Source of the DNA: Ramazzottius varieornatus
Taxonomy: Eukaryota > Animalia > Tardigrada
Direction: 5' to 3'
DNA: 64,000 bases
Assembly (NCBI GenBank): GCA_001949185.1
Contig: BDGG01000017.1
Span: forward strand, 558,001-622,000
The notes beneath the pieces are model-generated. The model was given only the letters and a program-made list of their open reading frames with translations. It was not told the origin of the DNA and made no database searches. Position 1 is the stretch's first letter. Every line of letters begins with the position of its first letter. Below, piece after piece: positions 1 to 12,373 of the stretch. The translations under genes were made by a program, and so were the position numbers.

Positions 1-22
1 ACTTGGTCCGTCTCTGTTGCAG

Positions 23-3000
23 ATGCTTCCAAAAACAGCTTTGAAGACAGGCAAGTGAAAGTTACATTCAATAAAATCAGCAGTATTTGTCAGACAAAAG
101 TATTCGAGAGCTCGCAAACAGGGTAGATAAGATTGCTGTCCGAAGTGGCGCACACTTCCGGTGTTATTGGCTCAAGGCGTGCCAGAGCGCCAGTTTGAGA
201 AGTGAGGACGATTGTTTCTTCATGTGGCGCTCGGTATCAGCCGACTGCACTGGAGATATGCGCCACTTAAGAAAATGAGTCGAGGTTGGTTGCCCAGGTC
301 CCAGTTTGAAGGATTAATGAAGTTTGTGTTTTGATGAGCAGTAGCTGTGTTGAGACAATAAATCTTCTGCGAACGATGTGTCTTGACTGTCTGAAGTGTT
401 GTCGTAGGTGGCGGGTGTGCCACGTCTGTTCGGCATCCCGTCGCACATCCTCATCGGCGCCATACTGCTTCAGCGCTCGCTCGCTGTCTCTCTCCACCCA
501 ACAAAGCTGCATGGAACTCTCCCACATCACTGGCATCGTCATGAATCTACCAGCCGAAGCCTACTTCATCCACTGCTTTACCAAGTTCCAACAGAACGGG
601 TCGACGCAAAGCATGGAACGCGGATGCCAAGTACGCTTGGCGCCTGTGCAGGACAGATGTGACAGCAAAGGTTATTATTGCTCCTGCAACTTCAATGGCT
701 GTAACAGCCAGGAATGGAATGGTGGTGGCTGGCAAGCGGCTGGACAGAGCAGCCAGATGCCGGTGGGTGCAGCTGCCAGTCCCATACCTCCTGTGGCTCC
801 TCGCAACAACGTCAGCAATGCACCACCAGTACCCGCCGGCCACACGGGTAAAGTAGGCAAACCCTCCTCATTCACTCATTCTTCATGTTGGAAATCAAAT
901 GTAGACATGGAATTTTATGAAGGAGGATTTCTTTGGCTTTTTCAGGTGGATGGAATGTGTCGGGGCTGGTTCGACATTGTTATTGGTGTAAGGGAACGGT
1001 GGAACGAAGGAGCGGTGTCCTTACGGGTTGTTTTGGAGAAGGGACGGCACTGAGGGAAGGCATTGTCGAGTGCAGCGAGAAGGATCCCAACATGCGAACA
1101 GATCTATTCTTGAACAGAGACCACGAGCTGGAATGCCTGACGGTCTTCCGTTACAGTACCAACCCGCATTCGACCCATGAAGCCATCATGGAACGCAAGT
1201 GCGCACTGCGGCGATCGATGGCCAGCCCAGTCCAGCGATGCAGCCAAGCTGAGAGCAAGGATGACGCCACGGGTGGGTACGCTGAAGTGGTGTGTCGCTG
1301 CAGCAACGACAACTACTGTAACGACGACACCTGGCCGACGACCCAGATGGGTCACCCGCCCTTTACTGTCGCCGCTGCTGTCATACCGCCGCTTGGGTCG
1401 GACTTGTGGGGTAGAGGTCGCAGTTGTCACCAGTGCGAGGGTACAGTGAATGTCAAGACTGGCAAGGTCCATGGCTGCTTCTTCCAAGATGGACTGAGTA
1501 ATGCCACGGCAGTCAGGTGCGCACATGCCGCAGAGTACGTGCAGGCTATCCTGAGGAACTTGCCGGCCCAGCAGCACTTTATTCACTGTGTAGCCCAGTT
1601 TGATGAAGGCAACAGCACGGACAGGCTGGTGGTTAGGCGCTACTGCGACGTACGGCTGTCACCTGTGCCGGACGGTTGTACGGCTGAGGGGAAGGTCAGG
1701 ACGTGTCGCTGTAACAGCCAGCACTGTAACAACGACCTGTGGAGTAACCAAACTGGCTTGATGGCCTCACCAGCTAGCACGGTGGTGCAAACTGTGGGGC
1801 CGCTGGATGTGATGCAGCCCGTCAAACCGACGGATATCAGTAGGCCGACACCGCTGAAGCCGGAGAAGTTGGCATCCTACCAGTGTGTCAGTCCACCGCA
1901 TGAGAAGGACATCATTAACGGGCACTGTTTCAAACCGCAGCACTCGCCGCTGGTTAATTGTTCTGATGACCCAAGGTTCCTCAGCCTCTTCAAAGACTTC
2001 CCCTCTTTCGTACCCATGTGTGAAACGGAGATGAAGACGACGGCCAAAAAGCCGTGTAAGTAACATATGTTCCTGCCTTTACATCCCATCTTATTTCTTT
2101 CTATTCTACTCTGCATTTTTATGTATTTCACTGTACTATTTACCGGAGTAATATGAAGATTAATTGAGCAGTTTTCTACGCTGTGCCATCAAAATTAGTC
2201 CCGGTTCAATGGCAGAGCCGAAGATTTGATTTGGTCGTTTCTAGATAAGTACTCCATCAGGCGGGCGTGTACAGCGAAAACTCTGGAAGAAGTGGGTGAA
2301 CACCACACGACGTTGCGGGCACCCGACAAGAATGGCTACAAAGTTGACCGGTGGCGTTGTCTGGCATCGTACTGCAACAGCCACCACTCGGTCTCATGGA
2401 GGAAGAAACTACCATGACAGCAGAGCCCATGACCTCGGGCCCCAACGTTAGCGGGCCTTCTCCCGTCGGCGACGAGTCTACCCGCCAGCCCAGTTCTGAT
2501 CCGCCCAGTACCCCAGTCAGCTCTGATGGCCCTGCGAGTGGTGACCCGCCATACGTTTGGAACAACAGCACAGCCAGCTCCGATCAGCCGTCTTGAACGA
2601 AGCCCAGTGGAAGCTCTTATCCACCATCCACACCGTCGATCGGTCCCGTAGAGCCTTCCCCTTCAGCCCAACCACCGCCGCCCCAATCGTCGTCTCCAGT
2701 GACAGGGGTGGTGGCCACGACCAAGCCTTTCGAACGATGGGTGTCTGAAAGACCTCCGCAGTGTAGTTGCAGCAATCCGTACTGTTGTCCGCCACCACAA
2801 GCCTACCCTTGCGGTAACCCCTACGGTTGCAAGGAATGGAAGTGCAGCAACCCTTCCTTTTGTCCCCCACCAGGTCCCAACCCGTGGTCCTGCACCAACA
2901 TCGTCAACTGCCGACCACCAGGTCCCAACCCCTGGAATTGTTCCTCACCCTGGGACTGCGACGTGCCGGACAAGAATGTGTGGAACTGCTCGTGCCCCTG

Positions 3001-3409
3001 GAACTGTGGCCCGTACCAGCCCTGGAACTGCAAGAGTCCCTTTGATTGTAAGCTACCCAACGACTACCAAAAGTGCCTGAATGAACCCTCAAAGTGTAGG
3101 GATGTACCGGCCTGGCTGATCAAGTGGTGGGCAACGCACCAGGCCCAAACCTTCCCTAACCTACCGCCAGTTCGCATTACTCAGCTGCAGACTGTGGTGC
3201 AGAACAACTCGCAGAATATGGTGATAAACTGGGGCAATCAACCACAAGGAAGGCCGATGCAGCAATCAAACCAGTCGCAGCTCGATGTGGAAGCAGTGGA
3301 TGTTGATGGCGGTACCGCTTCGACAGCGCGTACTTTCGCTTTCGTCTTGCGACAGGGCGACCTTGGCTTGTCTCTAGTGCTCTTTGCCTGCTTGTATGTC
3401 TACTTTTAA
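23..3409 (+). CDS. Cys-rich surface/secreted protein: about four Ly6/three-finger-like domains, S/T/P linker, Cys-Pro-Trp repeats, hydrophobic C-terminal tail (5' partial; frameshift near 2380 and in-frame TGA 2594-2596)
   Basis: Phase-compatible exons 23-50, 408-847, 946-2055, 2245-. Repeated domains open with CxxC and close with CxCxxxxCN-like motifs (CSCNFNGCN, CRCSNDNYCN, CRCNSQHCNN, CLASYCN). The tail LGLSLVLFACLYVYF looks like a GPI signal or TM segment. Confidence 0.65.
107..298. repeat. GTGGCGCAC palindromic element (two units) in intron 51-407
   Basis: AAGTGGCGCAC...ATGCGCCACTT arms with family termini. Confidence 0.75.
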
Positions 3410-3557
3410 TTTTAATAGCCTCCTTATACGTCATACGTCCCTGTGATCTCATTTTCTGTACTTCCTGGTCAAAGTTGGACCAACCTGCAGTGATGATCTA
3501 GTTGGCTCCGCTACCTGGGAATTCTCATACCACAGATTGCGCATAAAGTAATGAGGA

Positions 3558-3658
3558 GGCAAACGAAACGGACGAAATTGATATCTTGAGTGGCGCACTT
3601 TTTGCAGGCAATAACAGCGAGAACATGCGCCACTTGATAAAACAATCTACCCCAGCTC
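3558..3658. repeat. GTGGCGCAC palindromic element (one unit), intergenic
   Basis: GAGTGGCGCAC-N26-ATGCGCCACTTG. Confidence 0.75.
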
Positions 3659-3811
3659 CTTTTTGGTACATCTTTACGATCATACAGTACTGAATTTTAA
3701 GAGAGACACTAGCAACGCATACCGATTCTAATGGCACATCTCGATGTCGGCCGAAGTGAGAAAGAAGCATAATTCTACTGGGTAATCGCCGTGTCAACGT
3801 TTCGCAGTGGT

Positions 3812-6800
3812 ATGTTCAACCCGGAAGTACAGCTCTTTCGCGGTCGACCTTTGCAGTCGTCTTTGTCTAACATCGATATCCTTTATCACACACAGAACGA
3901 GCTCATTTCTGATCTTATACAGTCCGAAGTTACCCTACCAGTACGCGACCCTGGTGTCGGCGATTACGACAGTACCTCTGCATCTAGTAACAATCATCAA
4001 GTCCTTTCTGGTAAATACGACGGTATATTACTGCGCCATGATCTTGAACCACGAATCAAACAAGCACGGGAGGCTCTGCGCAGACTCAAAGATGACTATT
4101 GTCAAGAACCATCTGACGGAAAGGATGATACTGACGACGGTGGCGAAACAGCACGGAGGGAATTTAGGGAGCAATTTTCTTTTATATTCGACACGTTTGA
4201 TCGGCTGGAGACAGCGCGAAGGATGGCAGCGTCGCAGCTGTTAGCAGAGAAGCACAACTTTAGGCAGACTAAAGACAGCTTTCTTAGAACCCGGACTTAC
4301 CTGTTGGAACGTGTGACGCAGGATATCCATGAAGGTGAGGAAGCCTGATGGAGGAAGCCATTTGCAGGAGACAACGTAAGGCTAGCCTGCTGTCTTTTGT
4401 CCGTTTCAGCCACTTTTGGCTTTACCCACGACTTTAAAGAGCTGCAAAAACACCGACACTTTTTAGACAAAGAACTGCAAGCCATCCAGCCAAGGTGGAA
4501 CAAGCGGAGAAGATCAACGGCGCTTTGCACCATCAAGTCCGCAATGCTCGTCAGCTGGGGTAAACCACGTCCAGAAGCGTTTCTCCAGAGATAACATCTC
4601 TCTTACATTTAACTCGGACCTATCTATAGCCTCAAAGTGCAGGAAAGAGTAAGTCAAGAGGAAACGAAGCTTTCGAATATGCGACAACAGCACAGGCTCG
4701 TAAGTACCCATGTAAAAGCACCATATCCGTGCAGGCTCGCTTCCGCGGTGACGTCATCGCGCACCCACTCACGTATATTGCAATTTGTTAGATTTATTTG
4801 TTGTGCGTTCATCTGCGTCTGCTGGGTTGTGCTTAACTGTTCCATATTGCAGTTGAAACAAAGACTGAAAGAGCTCCAAGGAAATAGCATGGACGCCAAG
4901 ACGGGAAAAGACCGAGGGCGGGCACTAGTCCGGAAGGAACGGACAGAGGTGCTACAAGAACTTCAGGACAAAATGGACCTAATCAACTCTGCAAGGTTGT
5001 AAAATACTTTCCTTATCAGTCCTGGAGCACTGCAAATTTTTCCGCTTGCAGGGAGGAACGAATGGAACGTCAGTGTGATATGAAGTTAAGGCAAGAAAAG
5101 CGAGACCAGCTTTCTCAAAGACTAAAGGAACTGCGAGGACGTCTTCTGCCGTTACAGTCGACCGCCGCCAAGCTGGGCAGAAACATCGACGAGAACACTG
5201 CCCAGTTGACGGAGAAAGTCCAAATGATCAAGCAGGAGCATCTGAGGCGTGAGACCATACGCCAGGAGGCGCTGGCTGCTGGACGGCCCTTGCCGACGCG
5301 CGAGGAAGTGCGGCGCAAGTTACGTCTACAAAACGTGCGCTTCACCCGGAAATTACAACAAAGAGCTGTGAAGGAAGAGAAGAAGAAACTGGCTGCTGTA
5401 AGGGAAGAAGAAAGACTGACGGATAATATGGAAACAGTTACGCGTAGGTTGCTGGTTCTACGTCAGACCAAGGAGTCCTTGCTGCCACGTATCCAACGAC
5501 TTCAGTTCCTGGAGGAAACCTTCCAGCAGGACTTGAAAGAAAAGAAGGCCGAGAAGGAAAGTATCGCTACAGAACATGTAGTGAAGAAGGAACAAGCGCT
5601 ACATGCCAAGAAACGGCTTGTCGCCACAAGGAAGGATTTCAAAGTGAGATCACAGAACAAAGATTATTTTTTTAAATCGATTTAAAATCACTCTGGAAAG
5701 GATTAAAATTTAATGTCGAATTATTCTACGGAAAAAATGTATCCGTTTTAGTTCAAGATCGAGGAAAAGACACACGAGATGGAAAGGGTCACGGCGAAAC
5801 GAGTTACTGCTGAGAAACTGTTAACGGAACTTCGAGTGCAAGATAAAGTGGAAAGACAACGTATTCAGCAGATTGTGAAGGTGAGGAAAGAAGAACTTGA
5901 ACAAGCCATCGACAAGCATCGGATAAGAGCAGTCGAAGTCAAGAAAGTCGAGAAGAAAATTGAAAAGGTCAAAGCTGAATTAGACGAAGTCCAGCTGGCG
6001 GTTACGGTCGAGAAGGAGCTTATCGAAGCCGACGAGGAAATACGTGTTGACCAGCAGAAAGAACTCACTGAACGCAGTCACACCGCCGTCGCGGAATTTA
6101 GAGAATGTCAGAACGAGGTCAAAGAGAAAAGAGTCGAGATTGAAAAGCTGAAGGAAGAGGAAATCACTCTGAAAGAAAATCTCGAGAAAACGATAGCCCA
6201 GTTAAAACAGAAACTGTTGGTTGACCTACCAACGGTCAAGATGGACTTTCATGTTGAGTACTCGGCATACCAAATGCTAAGGTGGCATCAGCAGCGGTTT
6301 AACAAAGTGAAAGAGGATCTTTATGTGCGTGGTGACCACGAAAGAGCAACAGAGATACGAAGGGTGGAGGTGCTGTACGACAGGGCCTTGCAGAAACGGA
6401 AGGAGCTGGGGGATGCATGCACCAACAACTTCCGGGAGGTCCGGAAGTATTATCATGTCAACGTTGTCCATCGAATCATGCATATCGAAAGTGTCCGGAA
6501 GGCCCTCAATGAGCAAGCTATCGAGGAAAGATACAACAGTGCTGTGGAGGTAAAACTCAGATCCTCAGTTAGCAGCTGGGCAAACAAATTGGACGTGATT
6601 GTTTTCCCGAGTGGCGCAATTTATCAGCCAATAACACTGAAAGCGGACGTGACTTGGAGAAGCAGACTAGCCGATGTTTTCCCAAGTGGCGCATGCTTTG
6701 GCCAATGATACCGCAAATGTGCGCTACTTTGGAAGAACAACCTTGTCCAGCTTATTTGCCGAGCTTTCATTCTTCCTTCTGCGACCAAGTCTTCCGTGTA

Positions 6801-7110
6801 GTAACTGGGATGACTGTAGATGGCTGAAGCAGAGAAAGATTATGAGAAGGAAGAAGCGTCAGCTATGCAAGATGAAGAGCTGTACTGGATTGGCAGGATA
6901 CAGCATCATAAGAAAGGTCTGCGAGAAGAGCTAGAGTTTGTGATTGGTACCGAAGACGAGCTCCTGCAACGATCGAACGCCATCTGGGAAAGCTTAAAGA
7001 GCGATGTCGTGCAGAAACAAAGAATAAAACTCCCCTCTTACCTGGCTGCTGTCTTCGAACAACCATTTAGCGCAGATGGAAAAACGAACTCTAGGGGTGA
7101 TAACTTCTGA
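3812..7110 (+). CDS. Long coiled-coil protein, CCDC178-like (apparent 1-nt frameshift near 4488)
   Basis: Exons about 3812-4334, 4410-4559, 4630-4699, 4853-4995, 5052-5643, 5752-6549, 6820-7110. E/K/R/Q heptads. FDRLETARRMAASQL...DIHE...ELQKH resembles CCDC178 as recalled, not searched. Confidence 0.55.
6573..6766. repeat. GTGGCGCAC palindromic element (two units) in intron 6550-6819
   Basis: Termini AGCTGGGCAAACAAATTGGAC and GTCCAGCTTATTTGCCGAGCT. Confidence 0.85.
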
Positions 7111-7783
7111 TTGTCCAAATGCAAGATATCGTTGTCTGCTTGTCCAAAAATAGAAGTTTTTCGTACCGAACCGCACTACAAGGACTCGTTATAAGGATTT
7201 ATCAGAGTGTGCCGTACGGTAGTTTTTCAGCGCAACTAAGGCAGTTCGTCGATCGAGGAAGACTTCCCAGGTCGACCGTGAATTCCATCGTACGTTGACC
7301 CACATCGGCGCGTGTACCACGATCGGATTCGTGTAAACACTTCACTAGGCTTTAGAAGTTCGGAGATTAGTCTCTGAAATTGTAGTGAGGGACATGAAGT
7401 GCCCGGTGTTTGCTAAGATGATGCGGCGACATCTTCATGTTCAAGTGGTCATGGCGCACGTGTAACGATGGACAAGGAATGTGGTAACTGTATTGTGGTC
7501 ACTTTGACGCCAGACCTGAGTCAACAGGGCAACGGAACTTGCCTCATATCTTGTGCACCGGTAAACTACCATTCCTACCATTCCAGCCCATCGACCAGCA
7601 GCCGGCACAACCATCTATGTCTTGCATGTGGGAAGAGATTACTGCAGCAAGTGTCACTGTGGACATCTTCCGGACATTTCGACTGTGATTTTTCTAATGG
7701 ATGCTAGCATTTGTCGCGGCGTTGATCTCTCTTCAGACAAATAGTACATCCGTTAATTGGCCGTGCAAGTTTTCAAGCCTATC

Positions 7784-9240
7784 ATGTCAAATATCTCGAC
7801 CTTGCTGGAATTCACCATGATGAGTATTTTGTCGTTATTCCTTCTGCTTATAACTGTCGACGGAAATCCAAGACAAAAACGTATGCATCTCTTCCCGGTA
7901 ATTTACATAGGAAATCTAGTCATCGTATGCAACGCAAAAATACTTTTTGCTTATAGGAGTTGTCTGGCTTGGTGTAAAATATGTGCCGATGAAGAACGGG
8001 ACCTTCGGAAAGATTAGGCCGTTCAAGCCGTACATGGCCACGTCACCACGCCCAGCTCAAACCTGGACGGCTCTTCCCGCTTCGCCTCTGACTAACCCTC
8101 CCATTCCATCCACACGACCCACAGCGCCCACGTCGGGCGCCACAGCTACCATCACCACCATTCCCACCATTCCAACCACAGCCACGGCCTTCTGGCTGAC
8201 CGCCCCTACCGTAAATTCTGCCGCCATACCTCTCCACGTACCCAGCACCAACCTCCAATTGTGCTCGCCGGACTTTGTGCCACAAGTAGTGGTCCAGACC
8301 GGCGACGGCAACACCTTCGTCTTCCAAGGGGACCACTACTGGCAAGTGATGGACTTTCAAGGCAATGTGGTGGACAACCGCATGAAGGCTGGCTCCAAGA
8401 TCGCCAAGGACTGGCCGGGTTTACCCAACAACCTTGACGCGGCCATCACGCTGGCGGATGGCACCACGCTCTTTTTCAAGGATGACCGCTTTTATGTCTT
8501 CTGGAATAAGATGCCCAGGGAGCCTGCCACAGGGTTTATCGAAGCGGCGTTCCCGTACATGCCGCCCGCAGATATCGATGCGGCTTTCATGACAAATACG
8601 TCGCTGGTGTTCATCAAAGGACCGAGCTTCTACCTATTTGGCGTTGAGCAATTTCCGTTTGTTCAGCGAGGAAATACGGTAAGCAGCTGTTACTCGATAC
8701 GAACCCAAAAACCTTTTTTTCCACATGTTAACTATTCTGTTCAGATCGACATGGGACTTCCTGATCTGCCAGTGGAGTCCGCCGTTAATCTGTCCGACGG
8801 ATTAGCGTACCTAATTGTGGAAAACATCGTGTATCAGATGGATACGTCTTCGTTACAAGTAAGTCAAACGGGATGTCAGCAAATGACTACACCCGGATAG
8901 TTTCCCCCAAGTAGCGCAAGTTCTCAGCCAACGACAACGCAAAGGTGCACCGCTTCAGTCAGTAATCTGGGGGAAATCATTTGCCGACGTCCCAAATACA
9001 GTAGTACCGAGGTACCTGGACCATGACCAGCTTCTACATAAGAGACATCACGGAATATGTACTTTACAGGTAATTTCGACGTTTCCGACGCAAAGTCTGT
9101 ACGGTTGCCTCGAACCGCTGAAGCACCGGAAGATGCACCTGCGGCCTTACGGACGGCAGTTTCACCCTGAAATCAGCGATCTAAAATCGTGGACCGCCGC
9201 CATGCTTTCATTCAAACAATACAATGATGTCACCCTTTGA
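7784..9240 (+). CDS. Secreted hemopexin-repeat protein with Thr/Pro-rich linker and no MMP catalytic domain
   Basis: Signal-peptide exon 7784-7880, then 7957-8678, 8745-8858, 9070-9240. Hemopexin blades TFVFQGDHYW, WPGLPNNLDAA, TLFFKDDRFY, DIDAAF, FIKG, with flanking Cys. Confidence 0.8.
8870..8993. repeat. GTGGCGCAC palindromic element (degenerate) in intron 8859-9069
   Basis: GGGATGTCAGCAAATGA...TCATTTGCCGACGTCCC termini and a CCCAAGTAGCGCA arm. Confidence 0.7.
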
Positions 9241-9531
9241 CCGGTAGAAATATGTTGTGTGTCCGAGCAGCATTCTTCACGGTTTGTTTCGTTCAGTATT
9301 GGCATGTAAATTATTGTCAAATCGGACTCGATAGATTTTATTGTACCGGCATACACTACTGTATCGTCGACGCTTTTACATTATTAATGGCTTAGAATGG
9401 AATTGGCGCTTTGTACGTCGCAAGAAAAATCGTTCTTACGACTGATGGTTTCAATAGCTTGCTGCTGTTGTATTTCCGACTGCAAAAGATAAGTATTAGG
9501 TGCGGAAGTACGACGTGTCCCCTATTTTCGG

Positions 9532-9843
9532 TATAGTAGGCTCGGCGTAGCTNNNNNNNNNNNNNNNNNNNNNNNNNNNNNNNNNNNNNNNNNNNNNNNN
9601 NNNNNNNNNNNNNNNNNNNNNNNNNNNNNNNNNNNNNNNNNNNNNNNNNNNNNNNNNNNNNNNNNNNNNNNNNNNNNNNNNNNNNNNNNNNNNNNNNNNN
9701 NNNNNNNNNNNNNNNNNNNNNNNNNNNNNNNNNNNNNNNNNNNNNNNNNNNNNNNNNNNNNNNNNNNNNNNNNNNNNNNNNNNNNNNNNNNNNNNNNNNN
9801 NNNNNNNNNNNNNNNNNNNTTTAGCTTCGCCGAGTCTACTATA
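9532..9843. mobile_element. Foldback/MITE spanning the N gap (9553-9819)
   Basis: TATAGTAGGCTCGGCGTAGCT left of the gap and AGCTTCGCCGAGTCTACTATA right of it are inverted repeats with TA ends. Confidence 0.6.
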
Positions 9844-10736
9844 ATTTTCGGGTACCAAGTTCAAAAATTGTTCTGTCGTTTGCGCGAAGTGTTTCATCCC
9901 GAACTTTTTGCGATATGATGCACCATCATCCGGCTTTCGAATGACCGGATGTTCAGATCGTCGGTGTCCGTTTGTCGAGCTGCAAATTCAGTTTGCGAAA
10001 GTGACTGTTGTGTGAGTTACCCGTGAATTTCGGGAAACAAACGAACGTTTTCCCAAAAGCACTATCAGGTTTTTTTGAAGCATGGGATGCCAAAGTTATC
10101 CGAGAGGAAACTAGGGCATGAATCCAGACACTGAATCTTACCCCAGCGAGGGCTCTGGGAGTTTGATCGCTAATCAACTTCGGGCAGAAACAGAGCACAG
10201 CTTGGCGCATCTGCTGAACATCTTACCAAAGGTTTCTAGGAAGTCCGTGAGGCGGGATAAATTTAGTTCTAACTAACTAACTAAAGTGGCGCACTTTGAA
10301 CGCTGGTTTTACACCGGAAAAAACGGAAATTCTTGTTTTTCGAATCCCGCAAGCTGCAATTAGAGGACTTCTGACGGCCATAATAAATACCCAACTCCGG
10401 TCTACAGCATAACAAGATCCGCTTCGAAATTGACGAGGCCAGTGTCGGGAGAAAAACAATTGAAAAAACAGCGAAATAGCATCCCCTCTGACTTTAAGCC
10501 CAGCTTTCTCCTTCCGTGGTCAGCGCACAGACAAAATTCTTGCTGCCGTGAAAAAAGGAATGTCGGTGGACAACACATTACATGAAGGAGAAGACCGAAG
10601 CTAGACCAGAAACAAACTCGCGAAAAAATTTTAATGTGTCCCGTCGAGAAGGGACAAGTCATACTTTTGCACCAGATAGTAATGATTGAAGAAACTCGAA
10701 TTAAATCGATTCGCCAGTTTATAGAGTGGCCAACCT

Positions 10737-10890
10737 TACCTCGCTTTTCGCACTGGTCGAGGCGATATCGTCTGAGTATTTGAATAAAGGCGATCTTCAT
10801 CTCCAGCAAGGATATGCCCAAAAACGGGCTGCCGCCTGCCCATACCCAGATTAAGGGGAGGTTGTCGTGTATTCTGGCCCTTCTGGGAAA
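10737..10890 (-). pseudogene. Isolated cytochrome P450 C-terminal exon remnant
   Basis: Reads LLEMKIAFIQILRRYRLDQCEK followed by GAG|GTAAG. Matches the intact CYP exon LLEVKIAFIRILKRYRLDTCEMSE|GT at about 50690-50770. The heme Cys motif is absent. Confidence 0.7.
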
Positions 10891-12373
10891 CAATTAGAAA
10901 CGGGAGACGGGGGAATGTTTTCCGTGTAAAGACCGTTCCTCATGCTAGAGTAATGCCCCATTCGTGCTTACGTGTCGGCGACAGAAGTGAAAGGCGAGAA
11001 GTTTGCAATCAAGTAATGCGGCTACCAACGGTTCGCAAATTTCTGACACAGGCATGACGTTACAACTTTTTCGCCAAGTTTTGACTCTGCACCTTTCCGT
11101 AAAACTGCCTGTCGTTCATACTCCGATGCGGCAGAAACGGAATGTCAGGTCAGGTTATGTCATATGGTGTGGTGTCATGTCATAGACCACAACCTGTCGG
11201 AAGTGGCCGACTGTATACCTCGATAGATTCTATGCAAGAGATCCTGGGTGAGTACAGAAGGGGTTGTATTACAGGAAGATAGAAAACGCGCCAAAGTGAA
11301 AATCCGCCAGAAAACACATTTCCCGCACGCTCATCCTGATTCCCATAAATCGCGAAATACGGCACTAAACGAAAAAGTTAAGGCGAAAAACCGAGCGGAA
11401 AAAACTAAGTAATGGACCGTTCGTACTCAAAAACTTTTGTTGCAGCCGCAGAACTTTCGCCGCTGGAAGTGCGAACGATGACGTCACCAAAAAACCGTTT
11501 TTACTGCTGTCTTCTGTCGCCGACGCGTAAGCATGAATGGGGCATAATGGACATACTACAGTTTAATGGTGCGCGCAACGCACAAAGACACTGACGTGCG
11601 CTGCTGTGGACCCACAAACACGATGTCGGTTGTGCAGCGTTCTATCTCGACTCGTGCGTTTGGTCAAGAGCCAATCAGTACTAAAGTTGTAGACAACAAG
11701 CTCGCCTACAAAGTGATAGCTTTTTCAAACGGCGATCTGCAACGCCGATCGAGAAATTTTAAAAAATGGCAGAGCAACTCACTTCGGAGGCCGATTTGTC
11801 AAATACCGCAGACAGTCGCGGTCTCTAAAACTTGTGAACACAACTATGTTCGTTCGATAAAGTGTTTTCAATGATTTTTCTGATCATTCGTTTATTTTTT
11901 GTCAAATTTTAATTGTGATCGGCTCACCTGTTCAGCGTGACGTTTCAAAATTTGTCTACTCTACGAGGCAGTGGGACAGAGGTTTGACCAGTCAACTTCC
12001 ACCCTCCACCTGCAGAGGATATTGCGCTGGTCAGTAGAGGCCTTGTCCGCTGGTTATTGTACTGCCTGTCGTTTTATTGCGCTCTCTGCAGTGAAAATTG
12101 GCGCTAATACGACACCAAAAGCCAACGGCAAGTAAATCAGCATGCACAAGCCTAGTGCACCCGGTCGCTCTGCCCGAAAGATAACAGAAAAGCTGCTTCC
12201 GGGTTGACCCAAGTAGCTTCATAATTCTATATCTTGAAGACTATAAAATTTGTCAAGTCAGTTTTGCTGGTTACTATGTAGAGGACACGTTAAACATATC
12301 ACTAGAGGGTTCTGAATTTGCGCTTGTCGATCGTTTCTGGAAGAATAACTTACCCTTAACAAGAACTTAGTAT

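Noticed and set aside
4745-4760. CRE-like palindrome TGACGTCA in an intron
   Set aside because: An 8-bp word is expected by chance in 64 kb.
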